A stretch of DNA of 55,449 nt from Patescibacteria group bacterium (GCA_034678605.1 JAXDBQ010000002.1:1-55449), one strand, 5' to 3'; shown: positions 9,284-19,768, numbered from the stretch's first letter. The notes: generated by a model not told the origin, from the sequence alone. Program-made: numbers and translations.

Positions 9284-9427
9284 ATGGGCGATGAATTGGT
9301 TTGTTATCAACCAGGAATATCTTGTGATGTATTTTCTTTGGCGCAATGCTGTCCGCTTTGTTTGGCGATGTGCGCCAATATATTTGAGCCGGAGATTGCG
9401 GAATCTTGCATCGGTATAGGATCATAA
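9284..9427 (+). CDS. Putative small Cys-rich protein (47 aa; below ORF-track cutoff)
   Basis: MGDELVCYQPGISCDVFSLAQCCPLCLAMCANIFEPEIAESCIGIGS; AAGGTGA 6 nt before ATG; TTGACA at 9238. Confidence 0.35.
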   Translation: MGDELVCYQPGISCDVFSLAQCCPLCLAMCANIFEPEIAESCIGIGS

Positions 9428-9497
9428 TTTATTTTGGCAAAAATAAAGAAAGATGATAGCAGTTATTTTTGCCGTTTTTTTTATAATTCAATGTAAA

Positions 9498-9529
9498 AAA
9501 TTGCGGGGGTTAAACCCCCGTAATTTTTT
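9498..9529. repeat. REP-like palindrome, copy 1 of an identical 32-bp direct repeat
   Basis: AAATTGCGGGGGTTAAACCCCCGTAATTTTTT, identical at 10816-10847. Confidence 0.85.
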
Positions 9530-9566
9530 ACTTACATTTGGAATCGTGATGAAGTATAATTATTGA

Positions 9567-10796
9567 ATGGGTAAAAAAATGGGCAAAGATAAAATTTTAA
9601 ACGGGTATCTTGGATTGAGATTTTTTTCGTCGTTGTTCTTCTGGGCGTTCGCGACCGTTAATTTGGTTTATCAAGCCACGGTGGTGGGGTTGAATCCTTT
9701 GCAGTTGGTGCTGGTGGGGACGCTTTTGGAATTTTGCGCTTTTGTTTTTGAAATTCCGACCGGCATTGTCGCGGATTTATACAGCCGTAAGCTGTCGGTA
9801 ATTATCGGCGTGGTGTTGGTGGGATTGGGATTTATGTTTGAGGGATTGAATCCGACTTTTGCCGGCGTGCTCATCGCGCAGGTTATTTGGGGTATTGGCT
9901 ACACTTTCATCAGCGGCGCGCGGGAAGCGTGGATTGCCGATGAAGTTGGAGAAACTGCCGCCGGAGATGTTTTCATGAAAGGCCAGCAAGCCGACCTTGC
10001 GGGGCGGTTTATTGGAATTGCGGCCAGCATGATTTTAGCAAATATTGATATCCGTTTGCCGCTTGTCATCGGCGGCGCGATGTTTGCGGCGCAGTCGTTT
10101 TTTGTGGCAATGTTCATGCCGGAAAATAATTTCACTCCGACCCCGGCGCCAAAACGCGAAACTTTTCGATCGATGAAGCGGGTTTTTACGGAAGGGGCCC
10201 AACTGGCGCGGCATAACCGCATTTTGATCGTTATAGCCGTTGTCGGTATTTTATTTGGCGCGTTCAGCGAAGGGTTTGACCGTTTGTGGACGCCATATAT
10301 GTTGCAAATCTTTACCTTTCCGGAGATCAGCGGCTTTAAGCCGGTGGTTTGGTTTGGTATTATTGGCATGATTGAAGCGATTTTGTCGATCGTTTTGGTT
10401 GGGATGATCAAGCGGAAGATCGATTTTTCAAACCATCGCGCGGCCGCGGCGGCATTGATGGTTATGAATTCGATATTAATGGTTGGCGTTATTGGTTTTG
10501 CCGTGGCCCAAAATTTTACGGCGGCGGTTTTGTTGTATTGGATGGCGATGTCGTTTCGGTGGGCCAGGGAGCCGGTATATGTGGCATGGACAAACCAAAA
10601 TATCGCGCCCAAGATCCGCGCCACGATGTTTTCCATGATCAGCCAAGTTGATGCGGTCGGGCAATTGATCGGCGGGCCGATCATCGGCGCCATTGCCTTG
10701 TTTATTTCCATAAAAGCTGGTATTATCGTTGCCGGTTTGATCCTTGTGCCGATCTTTTTCCTTTATATTTATACAATAAAAAACCACAAGGTTTAA
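9567..10796 (+). CDS. MFS transporter, TetA(P)-like subfamily
   Basis: LNPLQLVLVGTLLE, FEIPTGIVADLYSRKLS, SGAREAWIADE, SEGFDRLW motifs; about 12 TM. Confidence 0.88.
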   Translation: MGKKMGKDKILNGYLGLRFFSSLFFWAFATVNLVYQATVVGLNPLQLVLVGTLLEFCAFVFEIPTGIVADLYSRKLSVIIGVVLVGLGFMFEGLNPTFAGVLIAQVIWGIGYTFISGAREAWIADEVGETAAGDVFMKGQQADLAGRFIGIAASMILANIDIRLPLVIGGAMFAAQSFFVAMFMPENNFTPTPAPKRETFRSMKRVFTEGAQLARHNRILIVIAVVGILFGAFSEGFDRLWTPYMLQIFTFPEISGFKPVVWFGIIGMIEAILSIVLVGMIKRKIDFSNHRAAAAALMVMNSILMVGVIGFAVAQNFTAAVLLYWMAMSFRWAREPVYVAWTNQNIAPKIRATMFSMISQVDAVGQLIGGPIIGAIALFISIKAGIIVAGLILVPIFFLYIYTIKNHKV

Positions 10797-10815
10797 AGTG
10801 GTGATCGGGGCGCAG

Positions 10816-10847
10816 AAATTGCGGGGGTTAAACCCCCGTAATTTTTT
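10816..10847. repeat. REP-like palindrome, copy 2 of the 32-bp direct repeat
   Basis: Identical to 9498-9529. Confidence 0.85.
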
Positions 10848-10932
10848 TTGAAATATAATTGCGGGCGGGGATGTAGTAATTGGCGCAACCCGGGTTAAAG
10901 AAAAAGGAAAAATAATAATTAAAAATAAAATT

Positions 10933-11508
10933 ATGAAAAAGATCAATCGAAAGCAGATGGTGGCCACGGCGATTTTGGTTTTCGGGATCGCGGCGGCCGG
11001 ATTGGGCGCGGCTTACGCGGCCGACAACGGCAACGGCAATCCGATGAGTGGCGTGGTTTCGGCCATCGCCAAAAAGTTTAATCTCAATGAAGCCGATGTG
11101 CAAGCGGTGTTCGATGAGCAGCGGTCCAAAATGGAGGTCCAGCGCGAGCAAAACCGCCAGCAAAATCAGGCGCGCCATCAAACCGAATTTGAAAGCCGTT
11201 TGGCCGGATTGGTTTCGGCCGGCAAATTGACGCAAGCGCAAGCCGACGCGATCAAGGCCAAACATTCTGAATTGCAAAGTTGGCGCGATGAACAAATGGC
11301 GGCGTTAAAAAATAAAACCGGCCAGGAAAGAAAAACCGCGATGGAAACGTTGCGCCAAGAGCAAAAAGAAAAAATTGACGCGCTCAAGCGGTGGGCCGCC
11401 GGCCAAGGAATTTCCGAAGAATATTTGCCGTTATGCGGCATGGGCGGAGAGGGCCGGGGGATGGGCCATGGTCGCGGGGCCGGATTCGGCGGCTTGAAAA
11501 GCGAGTAA
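10933..11508 (+). CDS. Secreted helical hypothetical protein
   Basis: Signal peptide ending AYA; IAKKFNL..DVQAVFDE, LVSAGKLTQAQAD; Gly-rich tail. Confidence 0.75.
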   Translation: MKKINRKQMVATAILVFGIAAAGLGAAYAADNGNGNPMSGVVSAIAKKFNLNEADVQAVFDEQRSKMEVQREQNRQQNQARHQTEFESRLAGLVSAGKLTQAQADAIKAKHSELQSWRDEQMAALKNKTGQERKTAMETLRQEQKEKIDALKRWAAGQGISEEYLPLCGMGGEGRGMGHGRGAGFGGLKSE

Positions 11509-11771
11509 ACAAGAAAAGCGGGCAACCAAGAAAGCAAATAAGCGAGCAAGCGAGAAAGTTTTAACGGGAGGAACAAAGAACGGCAAGGCCGTTTTTTGTT
11601 ATGCGTAAAAATGATATAATAAAAATGAATAACATTTAAAAGGTCGGTATGATTATGAAAGTTTTTTAAATTTCCGCTTTTGAATTCATTTTGACAAGGA
11701 TTCACCTTATCGGACATCTGAAAGGTGAAACCTTGCCAAAATAAAATTCAATCAAAAGCGGAAAAAATAAA

Positions 11772-12680
11772 ATGGAAAAAGAAACAAATGGTTGCGCGTG
11801 CGTGGCTTGCGGCAGCGAAGGCAAATCGCTGCGCGTGATCGCGGGCGTTTTGCTGGCGGTGCTGGCGGTTTACGTGGCCGTGTTGGCGGCCAACGCGATC
11901 AAGGCCAACAAATACGTGGGCCGCGACGCGGTTAACCAGGGAACGATCTCGGTTTCGGGCGAAGGCGAAGTTTACAAGGCGCCGGATCTGGCGGTGATGG
12001 ATTTTTCGGTGATCAGCACCGCCAAAACCGTGGTTGAGGCGATGGCCGACAACACCAAAAAAATGAACGCGATCATTGACGTGGCCAAAAGTTTGGGCGT
12101 GGCTGATAAAGATTTGCAAACCACGAATTTTAACATGAACCCCCGCTATGACTATGTCAAAACCGCGCCGGTGCCCGCCGTAGGTACGACTCGAAGTTCG
12201 GTATCATCATCGGTTCCGGCAATGGACATGGCCATTGAGATCGCGCCCGACGAGCCGATTTATTATCCAAACGGCAAAAGGGTTCTTTCCGGTTATGACG
12301 TCACCCAGACGCTCACCGTGAAAATGCGCGACATGGCCAAGATCGGCCAGATTATCGAGGAACTGGTGGCCAGCGGCGCCAACCAAACCAATGATCTGCG
12401 GTTCACTTTGGATGATCCGGCCGCGGTTCAGGGCGAAGCGCGCAAAGAGGCAATTAACGATGCCAAAGAAAAAGCGCGAATTTTGGCCGAGCAATTGGGC
12501 GTGAAGTTGGGGAGGATCACCAGTTATAACGACAGCGGCTATTCGCCGGTCTACCGGTTGAATTATGCCGCCAAAGATATGGCGGCGGGCGCGGTTCAAG
12601 AGAGCGCGCCGGCGCCCACGATCCAAACCGGCGAAAGCAAGATCACGGCCAATGTGAATATCGTCTACGAAATCGAATAG
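11772..12680 (+). CDS. SIMPL domain (DUF541/YggE-like) protein
   Basis: TISVSGEGEVYKAPDLA, ARKEAINDAKEKARILAEQLGVKLG, ITANVNIVYEI. Confidence 0.9.
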   Translation: MEKETNGCACVACGSEGKSLRVIAGVLLAVLAVYVAVLAANAIKANKYVGRDAVNQGTISVSGEGEVYKAPDLAVMDFSVISTAKTVVEAMADNTKKMNAIIDVAKSLGVADKDLQTTNFNMNPRYDYVKTAPVPAVGTTRSSVSSSVPAMDMAIEIAPDEPIYYPNGKRVLSGYDVTQTLTVKMRDMAKIGQIIEELVASGANQTNDLRFTLDDPAAVQGEARKEAINDAKEKARILAEQLGVKLGRITSYNDSGYSPVYRLNYAAKDMAAGAVQESAPAPTIQTGESKITANVNIVYEIE

Positions 12681-12752
12681 CCGATTTTGATAATTTTAAT
12701 CTAAAAAAAATCGCCTTGCCAAAAGGCGGTTTTTTGTTAGGATGGGAACAAT

Positions 12753-14018
12753 ATGAAAGAAATCAAAAAAATTTATGATGTGGCGGTGATTGGCGCCGGG
12801 CCGGCGGGAATGATGGCGGCGATCGCGGCGGCCGAGAATGGGGCCAAGGTTGTCTTGATCGAGAAAAACGAAAGCGCGGGCAAAAAACTTTTGCTTACCG
12901 GCGGCGGCCGGTGCAATTTGAGCAACGCGCGGTTTGATTCGCGCGATTTGGTTGCCAATTACGACAAAGAAGGCCCTTTTTTATTCCACGCGTTTGCCGA
13001 ATTCGGCTCTCAAAAAACAATTGATTTTTTCAATAGTTTAGGAGTAAAAACCGCGGTTGAAAATAACCGGCGGGTTTTGACAAAAAGCGGGCAAGCGCAA
13101 GAAATTTTGGACGCGTTGCTGGGCTGTTTGAAAAAATTTAAAGTGGAAATTATTTATGGCGCCAAGGTTCGCGAAATTAAAAAAGAAAATAATTTGGTCG
13201 CGAAAATTGTTTTGGAAAGCGGCGCGGTGATAATCGCCAGAAATTATATCATCGCCACCGGCGGAAAATCATATTCGGCCACGGGATCAACCGGCGACGG
13301 CTATGGCTGGGCGGCGGCGCTGGGCCATAAAATCGTTAAACCGGAGGCGGCGCTGGCGCCGGTGATCGTTAAAGAGACCTGGGTTGGGGATTTGGCCGGC
13401 GTCGCGTTGAAGCGCGCGGGCGTCAAGGTTTTTCAAAACGGCAAAAAAATCATCAAAACCGAGGGCGAGATTTTATTCACTCATTTTGGATTGAGCGGGC
13501 CGGCGATTTTGAATATTAGCGCGCGAATCGGCGAATTGATGGAAAGCGGCCCGGTGGAAATTTCGTTAAATTTGATTTCGCAAATGAAGCCCGAGCAATT
13601 GGGAAAATCGATTTTAAAAAATTTTCAAAAAAATCCCAATAAAATTTTGAAAAATTGCTTGGTTGATTTTGTTCCTTCGGGATTGGCGGCGGCAATTGCC
13701 CAAACCGCCGGCATTGGCATTACCAAAACCGTCAATATCATCACCAAAGAGGAACGCGGCCGTTTGGTTGATATTCTCCAAAATCTGAAATTGTCCGTGG
13801 CCGGATTGCCGGATTTGGAAATCGGAATGATTACCGCCGGCGGCGTGGATATCAAGGAAATCGACCACAAAACCATGCGGTCAAAAATTATTTCGAACCT
13901 GTTTTTTGCCGGCGAAATCATCAATGTCCATGGCGCCACCGGCGGCTTCAACCTCCAGCAATGCTGGTCCACCGGCCATTTGGCCGGCAAATCCGTCGCG
14001 GAAGATTTGAATAAATGA
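12753..14018 (+). CDS. HI0933/BaiN family flavoprotein
   Basis: VIGAGPAGMMAA, GKKLLLTGGGRCN, ATGGKSY..TGSTGDGY, LFTHFGLSGP, GGFNLQ. Confidence 0.92.
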   Translation: MKEIKKIYDVAVIGAGPAGMMAAIAAAENGAKVVLIEKNESAGKKLLLTGGGRCNLSNARFDSRDLVANYDKEGPFLFHAFAEFGSQKTIDFFNSLGVKTAVENNRRVLTKSGQAQEILDALLGCLKKFKVEIIYGAKVREIKKENNLVAKIVLESGAVIIARNYIIATGGKSYSATGSTGDGYGWAAALGHKIVKPEAALAPVIVKETWVGDLAGVALKRAGVKVFQNGKKIIKTEGEILFTHFGLSGPAILNISARIGELMESGPVEISLNLISQMKPEQLGKSILKNFQKNPNKILKNCLVDFVPSGLAAAIAQTAGIGITKTVNIITKEERGRLVDILQNLKLSVAGLPDLEIGMITAGGVDIKEIDHKTMRSKIISNLFFAGEIINVHGATGGFNLQQCWSTGHLAGKSVAEDLNK

Positions 14019-14059
14019 AAAAAAAGGTTAATATTGAATAATTGAACAATAAAAACCTT

Positions 14060-14512
14060 ATGGAGAATTATTTGACGGCCGAGGGGTTGGAAAAATTAAA
14101 AAAGGAGCTGGAGACCTTGGAGACCGTGACGCGGCGGGAGCTGGCCGAGAAATTGAACTATGCGATTTCGTTTGGCGATCTCAAGGAAAATGCCGCCTAT
14201 CATCAGGCCAAGGAGCAGCAGGCGTTCGTCGAGGGTCGGATCTCGGAATTGAAGGCGATCATTGCTAATGCGCGGGTGGCCGAACGGCAAGATAACGGCG
14301 CGGTGCAGATCGGGTCGCGGATAACGTTGGCAACCGGCGAAGTTGTCGAAGAATATTGCGTGGTGGGGTCCGACGAAGCCGATGTTTTTTGCGGCAAAAT
14401 TTCTTATAAATCGCCGTTGGGGCAGGCGATTTTTGGCAAAAAGATCGGGTGCAAAATTTGTTTGGAAACGCCGCGGGGAAAAACGGAATACGAGATCAGA
14501 AAGATTGAATAA
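14060..14512 (+). CDS. greA: Transcription elongation factor GreA
   Basis: YLTAEGLEKLKKEL, GDLKENAAYHQAKEQQ, ISYKSPLGQA. Confidence 0.93.
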   Translation: MENYLTAEGLEKLKKELETLETVTRRELAEKLNYAISFGDLKENAAYHQAKEQQAFVEGRISELKAIIANARVAERQDNGAVQIGSRITLATGEVVEEYCVVGSDEADVFCGKISYKSPLGQAIFGKKIGCKICLETPRGKTEYEIRKIE

Positions 14513-14518
14513 TAAGTC

Positions 14519-14600
14519 AAAAGGCAAAAGCCTGCGCCAGAGGCGCATCCGTCCTTTGGCGGAAAAAGGCAAAAGTTAAAGTTAAAAATAAAAGTCAAAA
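14519..14600. repeat. 30-bp GC-rich core inside a 7-mer AAAAG(G/T)C tract, copy 1
   Basis: CTGCGCCAGAGGCGCATCCGTCCTTTGGCG (14532-14561) identical at 21028-21057. Confidence 0.8.
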
Positions 14601-14612
14601 TGCAAGTTGGCC

Positions 14613-14650
14613 AAGGTCGCGCCTCGCCGATTACAGCGAAGAACGACCTT
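14613..14650. repeat. REP-like hairpin AAGGTCGC...AACGACCTT, copy 1
   Basis: Same outer arms and length at 48812-48849 with a different inner hairpin. Confidence 0.65.
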
Positions 14651-14765
14651 AAAATACGGAAATTCCGCGGAAGCGGTTTTTGTTTTTAACATTTTACTTT
14701 TTTTGGGGTAAAGTGGTATTATAAATTTGTAGTTAAAAAATAATTAAAATATAATTAAATTCATT

Positions 14766-15695
14766 ATGGAACAGCAATTATTGGATTATATCAAGCAAGA
14801 AACAAGCCGCGGCGTGGCCGAGGCATCGATCAGAAAGGCCTTGGCCGACGTTGGTTGGGAAAATTCGGCGATCGAAGAGGCCTTCGCGGCGTCGCGGCCG
14901 GTGGCCGCCGCCGCGCCGGTTCAAAGATTCGCGCCGGCCAAAAAAGATGGCGCGGCCGGCGATGAAGAATTTGACGAAGAAACTTCTTCCAAAAAAAGCA
15001 AGAAGCCGGCGATAATCGCGGGAATCGTTTTTTTGGCGATCTTTTTTGTCTTTGGCGGGTTGATGGCTTATTTTTATTTCGCGACTTCCTCCGAAGATAT
15101 TACCGGCAAGATCGATCAAGAGATCGCCGAAGATGTTTCTCAAGAAACCATTCCGCCGGTTGCCGGATTGGAGGTGGTCGATCAAGCGCCGGCCGCGTCC
15201 GAGAGCGAGCCGTTAACCGATGTTCCGGCCGCGGGTTTGGCGCCGGTTGAAAATGTTTCGGTTGAGCCGGCATCGACCACCGAAGCCGCGCCGGTTGAGT
15301 TATCGTCGGTTGCCGCCCAAGATCGCGACGCGCAGAGGATGGCGGATATGCAAAAATTGGCCGAGGCGCAGAAAGCAGTTTTTATGGCTGGCGGCAAATA
15401 TTACACTTGCGGATTATCCGGCGGCGAGTGCGGTGGCAAGCCGTATGGCTATCCCGCCCAAATCGGCGGATTGGCGCAAACCCCGCAAGATCCGCTGGCG
15501 GCGGAATCGGCAGGCAAAAAAGCCGTTTGCGGCGCGGATTATGTTTATTGCGGTTTGAACAACGCGCCTTATTCCAATTTCTTTTGCTATTACGCCAAGC
15601 TCGAAGGCGGCGGTTATTACACCGCGTCGCACGCGGGCAATTTCAAGCGAAACGCCGCTCCCAAAATTTTCGAAGAATGCGCCGCGGCCGATTGA
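14766..15695 (+). CDS. Single-pass membrane protein with Cys-rich, possibly pilin-like C-terminal domain
   Basis: TM at about aa 83-105, low-complexity linker, RDAQRMADMQKL..PQDP, several Cys. Confidence 0.7.
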   Translation: MEQQLLDYIKQETSRGVAEASIRKALADVGWENSAIEEAFAASRPVAAAAPVQRFAPAKKDGAAGDEEFDEETSSKKSKKPAIIAGIVFLAIFFVFGGLMAYFYFATSSEDITGKIDQEIAEDVSQETIPPVAGLEVVDQAPAASESEPLTDVPAAGLAPVENVSVEPASTTEAAPVELSSVAAQDRDAQRMADMQKLAEAQKAVFMAGGKYYTCGLSGGECGGKPYGYPAQIGGLAQTPQDPLAAESAGKKAVCGADYVYCGLNNAPYSNFFCYYAKLEGGGYYTASHAGNFKRNAAPKIFEECAAAD

Positions 15696-15769
15696 CCGGC
15701 GCCAAAATTGAAATAAAGATTCAAGCCGCAATGTAATATTGATATTGCGGCTCGTTTTTTGAATTAATT

Positions 15770-16327
15770 ATGGAAGAAACCACCGATGAATCGATCGCGG
15801 CGCGGGTGCAAAAAGGCGACATCGAGGCGTTTACCCGATTAATGGAGCGCTACGAGAAGAAAATAACCCGTTATGCCCGGAAGTTTTTGGCCGACCCTGA
15901 CGATATCAAAGATATTGTGCAGGAAGTTTTCACGAAGGTCTATATTAATATTAAGAGTTTTGACGTTAAAAGGAAGTTTTCTCCTTGGATTTACCGCGTC
16001 GCCCACAATGAATTCGTTAACGCGTTGAAAAAGAAAAAATCGGAGAAATTGTCGTTTATTGATTTTGATTTGGTTTTGCCGCGTCGGGAGGCAAAAGAAA
16101 CCGCCGATAGCGAGGTTGATAAAAAGGATTTGCGCCGTTTGCTTGACGGCCACATGCGAAGTCTCGCGGCCAAATACCGCGAGCCGTTGGTGCTTTATTA
16201 TTATGAAGAGATGAGTTATCGCGAAATTGCCGAGGTGTTGCGCTTGCCGGTTTCCACCGTGGGCATTCGGTTGCAACGGGCGAAAAATATTTTGAAAAAA
16301 TCAATCGATAAAAAAATTTTTAACTGA
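15770..16327 (+). CDS. ECF RNA polymerase sigma factor
   Basis: DIVQEVF, KFSPWIYRVAHN (region 2), EEMSYREIAEVLRLPVSTV (region 4). Confidence 0.93.
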   Translation: MEETTDESIAARVQKGDIEAFTRLMERYEKKITRYARKFLADPDDIKDIVQEVFTKVYINIKSFDVKRKFSPWIYRVAHNEFVNALKKKKSEKLSFIDFDLVLPRREAKETADSEVDKKDLRRLLDGHMRSLAAKYREPLVLYYYEEMSYREIAEVLRLPVSTVGIRLQRAKNILKKSIDKKIFN

Positions 16328-16328
16328 C

Positions 16329-17063
16329 ATGGAAAATCAATCCAAGCAATCGGCAAGCCAAAAAATAATCGCCGCGGTTAAAAGCGGCCGATTGAAAATG
16401 CGCCCCAAATGGCATTTTATTTTGCGGGCGGTTTTGTGGCTGGCGGGAATCGCGGCCGCGGTTTTGGCGGCGCTTTATTTTTTTAGCTTGTTGATGTTTA
16501 TCGCCCGAGAAACCGGCATTTGGGCCGCGCCGGTTTTCGGGTGGCGCGGGGTTTTGATATTTTTGGCTTCCTTGCCATGGATGCTGGTGTTGCTGGTTTT
16601 GGTTTTCATTTTGGCGCTTGAAATTTTGGTGCGCCATTACGCGTTTGCCTATCGTTTGCCGCTTTTATATTCGGCGTTGGCAGTGTTGCTGTTGGTGGTG
16701 GTTGGCGGAATTTTATTGGCCGGAAGTCCGTTGCACCGAATGCTTTCCCATTGTCCGGCCGAAAATGAAATTTTGAAAATACCGCCGCCAAACGGGAACG
16801 GCGGGCCGCCGTGCGGCACCGGCGTTTATCGCGATCTTGGGCCGCGCCGGTTTAAAAATATTCATCGCGGAACAATTGAAAATATCGATGGCGCGAATAT
16901 CATTTTGAAAAATCGCCAGCTTGAAAACCTTGCCGTGGTGATTACCAAAAAAACCCGTTTGCCTTTTGGCGCCGATCTTTCGGCCGGTGATGAGATCGTG
17001 GTGGTGGGCGATTGGCGCGGGGACAAGATCGAAGCGTTTGGCGTGCGCGAGATTGGCCGATAA
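16329..17063 (+). CDS. Membrane protein, candidate anti-sigma factor
   Basis: Starts 2 nt after the sigma gene; KMRPKWHF then 3 TM and a beta-rich C-terminus. Confidence 0.65.
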   Translation: MENQSKQSASQKIIAAVKSGRLKMRPKWHFILRAVLWLAGIAAAVLAALYFFSLLMFIARETGIWAAPVFGWRGVLIFLASLPWMLVLLVLVFILALEILVRHYAFAYRLPLLYSALAVLLLVVVGGILLAGSPLHRMLSHCPAENEILKIPPPNGNGGPPCGTGVYRDLGPRRFKNIHRGTIENIDGANIILKNRQLENLAVVITKKTRLPFGADLSAGDEIVVVGDWRGDKIEAFGVREIGR

Positions 17064-17079
17064 TTGATTAATAAAAAAA

Positions 17080-18843
17080 ATGGCAAAAATAATTTTATTT
17101 TTTAAAAAACATAAAAAAATTTCCCTGGCGGCGGCTTTGATCTTGGCGGCGGGCGTTTATTTTGTTTTTAAACCGGGGCAGGGTGATGTTGCCAAGATTG
17201 TTTATAGTTATGGAACGGCAAGCAGGGGCGCCATTGTCCAGTCGGTTTCGGGAACCGGCCAAATATCGGCGGCGCGGCAATCGGATTTGAAATCGAAAGT
17301 TTCCGGCGAGGTTTTAGAGGTGAAGGTTTCCGCCGGGGAGGCGGTCAAGGCCGGTGACGCGATCGCGCGAATCGATGATTCGGACGCTCGTGCCGCGGTG
17401 GCGGATGCCCGGGCGGCGCTGGAAAACGCGCAACTTTCTTTGGAAAAATTAAACGAGCCGGTCGATGAATTGTCGCTTTTGCAGGCGCGAAATTCTTTGG
17501 TTCAAGCCGAGGAATCGCTGGCAAGCGATAAGGAAGATTTGGATAAAAAATACGAACAGGGCTTTAATTCCGTGGCGGCCGCTTTTGTGAGCTTGCCGTC
17601 GATTTTGGCCGGTTTGCAGGATTTGGTGACCGGCGCCAGCTCGTTTGTGACGCAGTTTTCTCCAACATATGTTGATTATTACGCCGAATCGATCAAGGCA
17701 TACGACGCGCAAGCGCCGGAATTGATGGTTGGCGCGGCGAATTCATATCAAAAGGCCAAAATGAAATATGATCAAAATTTTCAGGCCTATAAGTCGGCCA
17801 GCCAATTTTCAAATCAAGAGCAAATCGAGGCATTGATAAAACAAACTTATGAAACCGCGCGAGTTGTCGCCGAAGCGTTAAAGCAATCCAATACCTTAGT
17901 GCAACGTTATCAAGACGTGCTTTACGACCAAAATTTGACGCCGCAAAATTTTTCCAGCACCCATCTTAATTCGTTATCCGGATATATCACGAAAAACAAT
18001 TCCCTTTTAAATGATTTGCTTTCCGCGTCCGAGAATATTGTTAGCGCGAAAAACGCGATCGTGAGCGACGAGCGCGCGATCGACGAGAAAACCAAATCGC
18101 TGGCTAATTTGAACGAAGGACCCGAAGAGATCGATCTTAAATCCCAGCAGTTGGCCGTGGAGCAAAAAAAGCGGGCGCTGGCCAGCGCCGTTGAGGCGCT
18201 TGGCGATTACACCATCAGGGCGCCTTTTGACGGCGTGATTGCGTCGGTGGATATCGAAAAGGGCGATGAGATCGCGGCCAATGCCGCGGCGGCGACCGTG
18301 ATCACCGATAACCAGATTGCCACGATTACTTTGAATGAAATTGATATCGCCAAAGTGAAAGTTGGGCAGAAAGCGACTCTGTCCTTTTCGGCGGTTGAAG
18401 GGCTGACCGCCGCCGGCAAGGTGGCGCAAGTTGACGCGATCGGTTCGGTGAGCCAGGGGGTGGTGAGCTATGGCGTTACTATCGCTTTGGATTCGGAAAA
18501 CGAGTCGGTGAAATCAGGGATGAGCATCACGGCGACGATCATCACCGAGATGAAACAGGATGTTTTGATGGTGCCATCGGCCGCGGTGAGAACCGATGAT
18601 CAGGGTTCCTATGTTTTGGCGCCGGCGGCTGGCGGTGTTGATTCCGTCGAGCAACGACCGGTGGTCGCGGGATTGTCTGACGATACCAACGTTGAAATTG
18701 TCGAGGGATTGAACGAAGGCGATCAAGTCGTGGTTTCGAGTTCCAAGACGAGCGTTTCCAAGACCTCGACTCAATCGCCGGCAAGCCGGAGTTCGGGCGG
18801 ATCAATGTTTAATATCGGCGGCATGGGCGGACCGATGAGATAA
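17080..18843 (+). CDS. MacA-like periplasmic adaptor (HlyD family)
   Basis: VSGTGQI, KVSGEV..V.AGEAVKAGD, long coiled coil, TIRAPFDGVI, GLNEGDQVV. Confidence 0.88.
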   Translation: MAKIILFFKKHKKISLAAALILAAGVYFVFKPGQGDVAKIVYSYGTASRGAIVQSVSGTGQISAARQSDLKSKVSGEVLEVKVSAGEAVKAGDAIARIDDSDARAAVADARAALENAQLSLEKLNEPVDELSLLQARNSLVQAEESLASDKEDLDKKYEQGFNSVAAAFVSLPSILAGLQDLVTGASSFVTQFSPTYVDYYAESIKAYDAQAPELMVGAANSYQKAKMKYDQNFQAYKSASQFSNQEQIEALIKQTYETARVVAEALKQSNTLVQRYQDVLYDQNLTPQNFSSTHLNSLSGYITKNNSLLNDLLSASENIVSAKNAIVSDERAIDEKTKSLANLNEGPEEIDLKSQQLAVEQKKRALASAVEALGDYTIRAPFDGVIASVDIEKGDEIAANAAAATVITDNQIATITLNEIDIAKVKVGQKATLSFSAVEGLTAAGKVAQVDAIGSVSQGVVSYGVTIALDSENESVKSGMSITATIITEMKQDVLMVPSAAVRTDDQGSYVLAPAAGGVDSVEQRPVVAGLSDDTNVEIVEGLNEGDQVVVSSSKTSVSKTSTQSPASRSSGGSMFNIGGMGGPMR

Positions 18844-18898
18844 AATTAAAAAATAAAAATGAAAAGTTAAAAACGACAATTAAAAATTTAATTTATTC

Positions 18899-19627
18899 AT
18901 GATCGAGTGTAAAAATATCACTAAAATTTACAAGACCGGCGAAGTCGAGGCCAAAATTCTTAAAGGAATTTCACTTTCCGTGAAAGACGGAGAGTTCGTG
19001 GCGATCATCGGGCCGTCGGGATCGGGAAAATCAACCTTGATGAACATTCTCGGGATGTTGGACACGCCTTCGGCCGGCGATTATTTTCTTGATGGCAAGA
19101 ACGCGGCCAAATATTCGGATGACGAATTGGCCGATATTCGCAAGGATAAGATCGGATTTGTGTTCCAGTCGTTCAATCTTTTGCCGCGCGCCACGGTGTT
19201 GCGCAATGTTTGCTTGCCGCTGGTTTATGCCGGCATTGAAAAAGGCGAGCGCGAAAAGCGCGCCCAAGCCGTGCTGGCGCTTGCCGGCCTGGATAAAAAA
19301 TACCACCGGCATTACACCAACCAGCTTTCCGGCGGCCAGATGCAGCGGGTGGCGATCGCCCGGGCGTTGGCGAATAACCCGTCGATAATTTTGGCCGATG
19401 AGCCCACCGGCAATTTGGACACCAAGACCGGCGAGATCGTGATGGAAACATTTCAGGAATTGAATCGCCGCCAAGGGCACACGATTATTTTGATCACTCA
19501 TGAGCGGGACATCGCCGAATACGCCGATCGCGTCATCACCATTCGCGATGGAGTTATCGTCGAGGACCGGAAAAACGGGCGCAAAAAGATCGGCATCATC
19601 GGCAAAGACGACCGAATCCCAATTTAA
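18899..19627 (+). CDS. ABC transporter ATP-binding protein (LolD/MacB type)
   Basis: [35 protein letters not shown]. Confidence 0.95.
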   Translation: MIECKNITKIYKTGEVEAKILKGISLSVKDGEFVAIIGPSGSGKSTLMNILGMLDTPSAGDYFLDGKNAAKYSDDELADIRKDKIGFVFQSFNLLPRATVLRNVCLPLVYAGIEKGEREKRAQAVLALAGLDKKYHRHYTNQLSGGQMQRVAIARALANNPSIILADEPTGNLDTKTGEIVMETFQELNRRQGHTIILITHERDIAEYADRVITIRDGVIVEDRKNGRKKIGIIGKDDRIPI

Positions 19628-19637
19628 ATAAAAAATT

Positions 19638-19768
19638 TAAAATCCTAAATCCTAAATTCTAAACAAATTCAAAATTAAAATTTCAAATTTCAAAACAAGA
19701 TCATGGCGTTTGTTTTTAATTTTAGATTTTGATATTTGGATTTGTTTGGGATTTAGAATTTAGCGCTT
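19638..19768. repeat. Long imperfect hairpin of 7-mer (AAATCCT-like) repeats, copy 1
   Basis: A-rich 7-mer arm followed by complementary T-rich arm; related inverted copy at 45274-45412. Confidence 0.7.
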
